The position numbers and the translations under genes are program-made. This document shows, in pieces, positions 28,863 through 35,733 of a stretch of DNA of 64,000 bases (the stretch's first letter is position 1; each line of letters opens with the position of its first letter). Location of the stretch: IMG/VR virus record IMGVR_UViG_3300033141_003544, positions 32,001 to 96,000 of that record; one strand, written 5' to 3'. Source of the stretch: a virus. The notes under the pieces are model-generated. The model made no database searches. It saw nothing but the letters and a program-made list of their open reading frames with translations, and was not told the DNA's origin.

Positions 28863-29645
28863 TTATTTAGACGGATATAAAGGCTTTATTGCCTTTTTTA
28901 ATTCACGCTTTGTTAATTTCCGCAATACCTTGAATTTCTTAACCCGAAATTTACCATCTGATAATATTGGAATAGCCACAATGTCTTTTGCCGTAAACTC
29001 AACTTCAATATACATCCGATTTTCTATATCCAAATTAGAATTTTGTAAACACCGTTCAAGTGTGGCAACATTTAATCCTTTCCCACAGTTTTCTCGTTCA
29101 TCTGCATTACAATCTAGTTCTCTATATATTTTGCCAATCTCATAACGCTTGTTTTGATATAGAGAGATGCCACATTTATTCAAACATTTGTATGCAATTA
29201 ATTTGCCTGGCTGAGATTTGAGAATATTAAGTGGAGAACGAATATGAAAAGGAATATTTTTTGCGCCAGTAAGGTCTGCATACCTAAGATCTGCGTCATT
29301 GAAATCTACGTCACTAAAATTTGCACCCCTAAAGTTTGCACCTCTAAGATTTGTATAACTAAGATCTGTTTTATTAAAGTTTGTTTCATTAAGTTTTGCA
29401 TAATTAAGATTTGCAACACTAAGATTTGCATAGCTAAGGTCTGTTTTATTAAGATTTGCATAACTAAGATTTGCATAACTAAGGTTTGCGCCACTAAGGT
29501 CTGCGTTACTAAGGTCTGCGTTACTAAGGTTTAATTTCTCACAAGAATAACCATCATACCCACTTACGCTTTCTTTATTTGCAACACGCTCCAGAAATTC
29601 TTTTTTGGTTAGCTTTTTTATTTTAGTTGGCTGTTTTTTTGCCAT
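28863..29645 (-). CDS. pentapeptide-repeat protein
   Basis: About 18 A(D/N)LXX repeats, then a phage domain with CGKGLNVAT. Confidence 0.9.
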   Translation of the reverse strand: MAKKQPTKIKKLTKKEFLERVANKESVSGYDGYSCEKLNLSNADLSNADLSGANLSYANLSYANLNKTDLSYANLSVANLNYAKLNETNFNKTDLSYTNLRGANFRGANFSDVDFNDADLRYADLTGAKNIPFHIRSPLNILKSQPGKLIAYKCLNKCGISLYQNKRYEIGKIYRELDCNADERENCGKGLNVATLERCLQNSNLDIENRMYIEVEFTAKDIVAIPILSDGKFRVKKFKVLRKLTKRELKKAIKPLYPSK

Positions 29646-29660
29646 TATATTCCCTTGTCT

Positions 29661-29771
29661 TCAATAACCTAAATATGGTCTAAGTATGCAAAAATATACA
29701 AATCCAAATAGTAACAGACATATTATTAATCCATACCAGAATTCATGTAGTTCACGTTTTAGACGGCTCAT
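29661..29771 (-). CDS. 36-aa membrane peptide MSRLKRELHEFWYGLII...
   Basis: Manual read; coupled to the upstream stop; hydrophobic segment. Confidence 0.5.
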   Translation of the reverse strand: MSRLKRELHEFWYGLIICLLLFGFVYFCILRPYLGY

Positions 29772-29998
29772 TTATCTCCCCAAAACAGTTTAATACACCG
29801 TTTGCAGTTTACTTTGGCAATAGTGAATTTCCAATCATGGCTTAATGACCTATACCATCCACCAAGAGCATTATAATATGTAGAAGTTCCAAAAAGAAAA
29901 CCACATCTCGTGTAAATAAAATCACGGTTTTTTGTCATATTCCTGTGTTTAAAATAATGCACCTTACCACCTATTTTACGCACGTTGTTGCGGCTCAT
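29768..29998 (-). CDS. small Cys/His protein (HY..C...C..C)
   Basis: SD AAGGAG plus ORF. Confidence 0.6.
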   Translation of the reverse strand: MSRNNVRKIGGKVHYFKHRNMTKNRDFIYTRCGFLFGTSTYYNALGGWYRSLSHDWKFTIAKVNCKRCIKLFWGDK

Positions 29999-30037
29999 GG
30001 TTTCTCCTTATACCATTTCACATATTATTCACGTAGT

Positions 30038-30226
30038 TCACGTTTTAGACGGGTCATTGGATTGCTCCTTTATTTTATTTTCAAGCCACATATCACCATG
30101 ATAATGGCAATATGGGCAATAATAAAAACCGCCCGTTGTTGGTTCAACTTCACCACCACAACGTTTGCAATATACTTTTATGGGGATATATATCATTTCC
30201 CTTGCTCCTTTCTGTTTCAAAGTCAA
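30038..30226 (-). CDS. small zinc-ribbon protein
   Basis: CKRC...CPYC. Confidence 0.55.
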   Translation of the reverse strand: MTLKQKGAREMIYIPIKVYCKRCGGEVEPTTGGFYYCPYCHYHGDMWLENKIKEQSNDPSKT

Positions 30227-30543
30227 GTTCGCTCATAGCATTACCAACCCATCAGGCAACAATTTCCCGTCCTGCCACACAAAAGAAAATTCAATACCAT
30301 CGCATGTTGCAATTCCGACACAAGACGGGAATAATCCTGTTCTTTTGAGTCCAATAACCACATCTTTTACCATACTTATCTCTTTTTTCTCATTTTGTCT
30401 TTTCTATATGTCTTTACAACAGTATTTAAATCTAGTTTAGTTCCACATTTTATACATAAATCCTTCATCGGTGGATAGATTAAATTGTGAGCTCCACAAT
30501 GTGGACATATAATAACCATTTGATTTTTCCTTTCAATTATTGT

Positions 30544-30572
30544 AATATAAGACTTTCTTATTGAATATTCAA
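30544..30572 (-). promoter_or_regulatory. promoter TTGAAT-17-TATATT
   Basis: Member of the window-wide promoter family. Confidence 0.6.
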
Positions 30573-30601
30573 CTTTTTAATAAAAATTTTAAAAAAATAT
30601 A

Positions 30602-30919
30602 TTAATTATAAAATTTATCTAAAACTTTTTCCACGTCTTCTGGAAATCGAGTTTTCCTCAGTTTTTGGATTTGATATACTGCTTCGTTGTATAATTCTTT
30701 CTCATGCTTTAATAAACCAGTTGTAATAAAATGTTTAATGGCTTCCATTATAAAAACAGACAAGGGCATATTAGCGTAACTCTTTCCAGTAGCAAACAAT
30801 ATACAAGCCATCATAAACTCTCTTTCATCTACTTTTGGGGAAAAAGTAATTGGTCTTCTTCTACAGTTTAACCTATCTTCTTCAAGCATTACTTTTAGTA
30901 CACGTGGTATGTTACTCAT
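30602..30919 (-). CDS. hypothetical protein, possible ribbon-helix-helix
   Basis: ITFSPKV...LSVFIMEAIKHFI. Confidence 0.45.
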   Translation of the reverse strand: MSNIPRVLKVMLEEDRLNCRRRPITFSPKVDEREFMMACILFATGKSYANMPLSVFIMEAIKHFITTGLLKHEKELYNEAVYQIQKLRKTRFPEDVEKVLDKFYN

Positions 30920-31340
30920 CTTTCATTTCCTCTTTAGAGTTAATTATTTTATTTTGTTTTTCAGTATCTTTTTTCCAAAACTCTGCTTTATCTAATTGTT
31001 CTTGTATAGTATTAATAAAATCCCGTACATGTGCACCGTGACGAAAAATAAACTCTTCCTCATATGTTATTTCACCTTTGAATAGTACTATAAATGCATT
31101 TTTTATACGTCTCCATATGTCAACCCAACAATTGCTGTTCCCCCAAGGAGCAGGTCCTCTTACTTTAGTAAAGAATTCTAATGAATAATAGGGTTCTTCA
31201 ATTTTTATATCTTTTCCACTCCACCCACTATAATCTACCGAAAAAATTATACTATGATTATCACTTCCACACCTACAAGTAGTTTTAAATGTGGGAATAT
31301 CTTCATCATAATAAGCCATATTTTCAATATTTGTATTCAT
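30912..31340 (-). CDS. conserved phage hypothetical protein
   Basis: CRCGSDNH, WRRIKNAF..LF motifs. Confidence 0.6.
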   Translation of the reverse strand: MNTNIENMAYYDEDIPTFKTTCRCGSDNHSIIFSVDYSGWSGKDIKIEEPYYSLEFFTKVRGPAPWGNSNCWVDIWRRIKNAFIVLFKGEITYEEEFIFRHGAHVRDFINTIQEQLDKAEFWKKDTEKQNKIINSKEEMKDE

Positions 31341-32266
31341 TTTATTCCTCCAATTTTTTTTCCCTTCAAGAAACTTTTTAAATTATTTTCTGACTGATTA
31401 TCAATTATTTCTATATCAAAATTTAATCTTTCATATTCTTTTAATCTTTTTTTGCTCCATTTCTCTAATAGACCTCCGTCTATATCATAAAAGTCATATA
31501 TTATAGCTTCTTTTTTTCCTTTACATATTGTTAATACTCTTCCTGCTATTTGGATTGTTTTTTTGTCTTTTGCTTGACCAGAAGCATTGAACACACAATC
31601 CATAGCTGGTAAATCAACTCCCTCGTTCAAAAGTGTAGATATAAGGACTGGATTTTCTTTCGAACTAAAACTATCTAATATCCTTTTTCTTTCTTCTGAA
31701 TCTTTTGTATTTCCATATAGTGTAATAGCTTCTGGTATTAATTCTTCTAATACATTTCCTTGCTCCACAATCTCTGTGCAAGCAATTAAGATAGATTGCC
31801 CCCTTTTTAAAACATTTTGTATTGTACCCCGTAATATGGAATTCCTACGGGTGTTTCTAAAGATACCTTCAACCTTTGCTTGTCTTACATTTTTATAAGC
31901 TTTCGGATGATTCAGTTTATACATATACACTTTACCTTGAACAAGATAACCATCTTTAGTTAAATCTTCGACTGAAACAAAATCTATAACTCTTCCTGTA
32001 GCCATTTCTAATAGTTTTCTTTCATTACTATTTGGTGATCCAGGACTAGCGGTAAACCCAAATCTATAATAAGCATTTTCACAACGCATAGTTATTGTGA
32101 AATAAGAATTGTAAATATTTTTTTCACTAAAATTTATATGGTGACTGTTAGAAACTAAAACTCCATCAACAAAGAGGTTATGGTCTTTACCCCCTACAGT
32201 TATATCAAAAACCTCTTCTTCATCTTCTATTTCAATTGACTCTATTGTACCTTTTATTACTTGCAT
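31337..32266 (-). CDS. SF2 helicase C-terminal part preceded by a 40-aa C-intein (IntC)
   Basis: VFDITV...NLFVDGVLVSN^SHH; helicase motifs III GFTASP, V NEGVDLP, VI IQIAGRVL. Confidence 0.92.
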   Translation of the reverse strand: MQVIKGTIESIEIEDEEEVFDITVGGKDHNLFVDGVLVSNSHHINFSEKNIYNSYFTITMRCENAYYRFGFTASPGSPNSNERKLLEMATGRVIDFVSVEDLTKDGYLVQGKVYMYKLNHPKAYKNVRQAKVEGIFRNTRRNSILRGTIQNVLKRGQSILIACTEIVEQGNVLEELIPEAITLYGNTKDSEERKRILDSFSSKENPVLISTLLNEGVDLPAMDCVFNASGQAKDKKTIQIAGRVLTICKGKKEAIIYDFYDIDGGLLEKWSKKRLKEYERLNFDIEIIDNQSENNLKSFLKGKKIGGIK

Positions 32267-32939
32267 CCGTATAAGTTTTCCTTAATTTTAGTAATTGTTT
32301 AAACTTTTTATGTTTCCTATTCAAGCAAATAGTTGAACCCCTATATATTTCTTTACATATTAAATAAACTTGATTATTACCTCTAACCTGAAATCGGTAT
32401 ATTGCTTCATGATGTTTTTTTCTATGATATATATGAGAAAAATTCAAATTTAAACATTCATTAAAATAATCTCTAATAAATTCCAAAACTGTTTTAGTAC
32501 CTGTAACCCCAAAAATAAAATTAGGTCTTTCAGAATTTAAACCAAAACTTCCATCTCCATCAAAATAACCCCTTATCCAGTGCCTAATTAAATCTTTCTG
32601 AAGTATTGGGGGTTTTAAAATCAAAGATTTTGCCCCTCTAGGTATTCCATTATCTTCTAAATTTTTTGTAAACTGTTTTGAACATACTGTAATCCTTTTA
32701 CTATGAAATGTTTTATCCCCAATAACTTTTGTTCTAGTTTTAATAGGTCTATCAGTTTTAATATGACGTTTGAACTTTTCTAAGTGTTTCAAATCTTTTT
32801 CACTAAAATTCAAATATAGAGTGCCATTTTTAGAGATATGACCATCTGCTGCAATCATACCTAACCAATAAGCTTTCTTTTGAGTATTAATATTTTTAAA
32901 AAAATTAACATCTAAGGTATATCTTGTGTTTTTATGCAT
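32232..32939 (-). mobile_element. free-standing LAGLIDADG homing endonuclease between the split-intein halves
   Basis: AYWLGMIAADG and WIRGYFDGDG; ATG 32939 with AGGAG; different frame from the flanking ORFs. Confidence 0.9.
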
Positions 32940-33892
32940 GTTAAGTTGTCTCCTATTTTTAAATGTTTGGCTTTCACCCAATGATCATTTACCAAAATTT
33001 TATGATCACCTGAACATCTAATAATATAAGAGATGTTTTCATCACATGCAACCTTTATTTTATAGATCTTCTGTTTTTTTGGTTTCTTAACAATGTTTAT
33101 AATATTATTACCATAACACAAATTTATATCTTTGTCATAAGATATAATACATTCATTTTTGTAATTTAAATACAATTCCCCTAATGTTTTATATGAAAGA
33201 TCTGCCATCAGTATTTTAGCAGATGAGGGTAAACATTCATCAATTAAGATACATCTTATACTATCTAGAAATTTTTTACACTCTCCAGTATCTAATCTAT
33301 TTATCAAAGTTTGGACTGTAGCAACTGTTATTGGTTGAGGATCCCATAATCCGTTACCAATTATTCCTATATTTAAATCAAATAACCGACTCATCACATT
33401 ATGTATTTGTTTTAATAATGTCTTTTGATTAACTAATATTAATACACCATATCCAACTTCTCCAGCTATCATACCCATTATCAATGTTTTACCTGATCTT
33501 GTAGGGTGATATATAATTCCTCGGGTTACTTCAAAGGCCTCCTCAAAGGCTCTTTTTTGGTACCAACGAGGGTTCATTTTGATACCCTTTTCATTAAGAT
33601 ATGTGATGGGGATAGGTGAATTTTTTGGTTTACATCTTTTGTCCAAAAAATTTGGAGCATTTTTTGAATTTTTGAGAAGTTCCAAAATTTTTGGCGCTAG
33701 TCCTGATGGGAAATAAGAGGCTTTTCTATCAAAATATCTTTTTTTTATCATTCTTTTTTTAATATATTTCTTTTGAACATAATCCCATTTAAACTCAGGA
33801 AAGACTATTGAACAGACTTTTTCAATGGCTTCAAGTTGGGCCAGGTCAGGGTTTCGCACCTCTGTATATGAATTGTTAACAATTAAATCCAT
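32912..33892 (-). CDS. SF2 (UvsW/Res-III-like) helicase N-terminal part fused to a 107-aa N-intein (IntN)
   Basis: PRWYQ, PTRSGKT, VATVQT, LIDE^CLPSSAKILMAD...CSGDHKI..WVKAKHLKIGD then stop. Confidence 0.92.
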   Translation of the reverse strand: MDLIVNNSYTEVRNPDLAQLEAIEKVCSIVFPEFKWDYVQKKYIKKRMIKKRYFDRKASYFPSGLAPKILELLKNSKNAPNFLDKRCKPKNSPIPITYLNEKGIKMNPRWYQKRAFEEAFEVTRGIIYHPTRSGKTLIMGMIAGEVGYGVLILVNQKTLLKQIHNVMSRLFDLNIGIIGNGLWDPQPITVATVQTLINRLDTGECKKFLDSIRCILIDECLPSSAKILMADLSYKTLGELYLNYKNECIISYDKDINLCYGNNIINIVKKPKKQKIYKIKVACDENISYIIRCSGDHKILVNDHWVKAKHLKIGDNLTCIKTQDIP

Positions 33893-33940
33893 AGTTTAAT
33901 TAACCTTCAATTGATACACCTTTGATTTAATTATTTCTTA

Positions 33941-34153
33941 CTATCTTAATATAGTTTTTATAAAATTTATTGTTACCATAATAATTGTTCCAAGACAGAG
34001 ACTACCTATAATTATATTAGAAACTTTCTCTATTCTTCTATCTGATTTTTTTTGCCTCTCAATTTCATCATCAGTTAATGTTACAAATATAGGTAATGAT
34101 CGCTTAGACATTATCACCTTCCGATTATTACTTCTATCTCCATGATAAGGCAT
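33941..34153 (-). CDS. small protein with C-terminal transmembrane helix
   Basis: SD AAGGAGG before ATG 34153 (MPYHG...). Confidence 0.55.
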   Translation of the reverse strand: MPYHGDRSNNRKVIMSKRSLPIFVTLTDDEIERQKKSDRRIEKVSNIIIGSLCLGTIIMVTINFIKTILR

Positions 34154-34254
34154 AATACCCTCCTTTTGGGTTTCACACTTCCGTATATGAATTGCTAACA
34201 ATTAAATCCATATCTCATTTAATACGTTTTTGCGACCGATTAACATAATTAACA

Positions 34255-34905
34255 TTATATTTCCTCCAAATTTTTTACCTTTTCAAAAATATCACTAATT
34301 ATAAAAAAATACCAACTAACCATTTGGTTAGAAACCTTCAATTCTGTAGCTATCGTAGAATACATTATAGAAGGATCTTTTAATTTCATTTTAAAGGCTT
34401 TCAGAACTTTTGGATTGCCTTTTGATAGTTTCTTTTCAACCTCTTTTACATAAAAATAAAATAAATCAGTACCATCATTTATGGGTTCAAGAACCGATTT
34501 GTTTTTTATCTGGTTAAAAAATTTTTCCTCAAACAATAATTTATCTCCATCCTCTCCTCTTTTTTTGGTTTCCATAGAAATAGTATGAAACTCTTTAGTT
34601 ATCTTCTTTATTTCCTTAATTAATTCCTGTTCCATACTCATCCTTAAAAAAGAGATTATTTTACCCTTTCCTTTTTTATAGGAATATTTCCTTAAACCTT
34701 TCAACAGCCCTATTTTTAAAACAGCCTCAAAATCGCTTCTACATCTTACTCCAGTAGGGTCATAATATTTTTGAAGATCTATTAAACCCCTGGCCATACT
34801 CCATAATTTTCCAAAAACTGTCTCATCACCATTTTGAAAACGGTTGACCAATTCGGCATAATCTTGATTAGTCAATTTCTTTGTTGTGATCAAAACTATC
34901 TCCAA
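34255..34905 (-). CDS. sigma70-family RNA polymerase sigma factor
   Basis: ELV.R.Q.GD...F..L, D......IGLLKGLRKY...K..SFL (region 2), YSTIATELKVS..V (region 4 HTH). Confidence 0.75.
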   Translation of the reverse strand: MEIVLITTKKLTNQDYAELVNRFQNGDETVFGKLWSMARGLIDLQKYYDPTGVRCRSDFEAVLKIGLLKGLRKYSYKKGKGKIISFLRMSMEQELIKEIKKITKEFHTISMETKKRGEDGDKLLFEEKFFNQIKNKSVLEPINDGTDLFYFYVKEVEKKLSKGNPKVLKAFKMKLKDPSIMYSTIATELKVSNQMVSWYFFIISDIFEKVKNLEEI

Positions 34906-35059
34906 TAAGATAAATTATACTGTCTGGAGGGTCTATATGTTGTTCCAATTGAATTCTACTTGAATCTATTGGTATAGGCTTTTGTTCGTTCTTATACCTA
35001 CATGGTTCAATATTGTACAATATTGCACAGATACCTAAAAAAATCAAAAACTCCTTCAT
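34868..35059 (-). CDS. small protein with N-terminal signal or TM segment
   Basis: MKEFLIFLGICAILY; SD AAAGG. Confidence 0.5.
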   Translation of the reverse strand: MKEFLIFLGICAILYNIEPCRYKNEQKPIPIDSSRIQLEQHIDPPDSIIYLIGDSFDHNKEID

Positions 35060-35121
35060 TATAACCTTTCTTTTTCAAATTCAAAAAATCTCCAAATTTG
35101 GTTTATAAATTTTGCAATTAT

Positions 35122-35150
35122 AATATACAAACCAAATTAAAAACTTGCAA
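35122..35150 (-). promoter_or_regulatory. promoter TTGCAA-17-TATATT
   Basis: Family match upstream of the sigma/helicase unit. Confidence 0.7.
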
Positions 35151-35160
35151 CTTTCATTTT

Positions 35161-35730
35161 TTATTTCCCCCACAACTTATTTATCAAAATTCTTGCAATA
35201 TAGCCATAAATACTAAGATCTCTAAAACTGTCTATAATTGGTTCATTTTTAGGGGTACGTTTTTGTACTATCAACAGATTAAACAACCTTTCGGCTTTAT
35301 CATGCATACGCCATACAAGTCCTTCTAGGTATAACTTGAACTGTTTTTCATCCTCCATTGCACCATCTGGAGCAATATTGGTCGTACCATAATCCATCTG
35401 TTTTTTGCAAAAAAGTTCAAAATCTTCTTGCTGTAGATCTAAAATTTTATTTATCATTTCAGGATAACATTTTTTACAGTAACCTATTGGATCATCATCT
35501 TTATGTTTTACTTCCAATTCAGTTACTGTTCCCATTTGATTTACAGTAGCTTTTAGGTCTGGTTTTGTAAGGCGAATTCTAGGATCTTCCTCACTATATA
35601 TATGATTATTCCCTGTTTGATCTTGCTTTTCTTCTATAACTACAGTCATACCACATTTAGGGCATTTATATAAAAACTGAGTATGGTGAAATTTCATTGT
35701 TCTGTCACATTTTTCACATATTATGTTCAT
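35161..35730 (-). CDS. zinc ribbon fused to Nmad1/DUF1599-like domain
   Basis: CEKC..CPKC; KQMDYG..NI...RMHDKAERL.NL...EPIIDSFRDLSIY...WGK. Confidence 0.75.
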   Translation of the reverse strand: MNIICEKCDRTMKFHHTQFLYKCPKCGMTVVIEEKQDQTGNNHIYSEEDPRIRLTKPDLKATVNQMGTVTELEVKHKDDDPIGYCKKCYPEMINKILDLQQEDFELFCKKQMDYGTTNIAPDGAMEDEKQFKLYLEGLVWRMHDKAERLFNLLIVQKRTPKNEPIIDSFRDLSIYGYIARILINKLWGK

Positions 35731-35733
35731 TAT

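Noticed and set aside
29270-29535. 15-bp periodic DNA repeats as a regulatory array
   Set aside because: Explained by pentapeptide-repeat coding with synonymous variation.
32232-32939. Group I intron explaining the interrupted helicase
   Set aside because: The endonuclease ORF overlaps both flanking coding parts, leaving no room for a ribozyme core; both flanks carry intein motifs and the downstream part has its own ATG.
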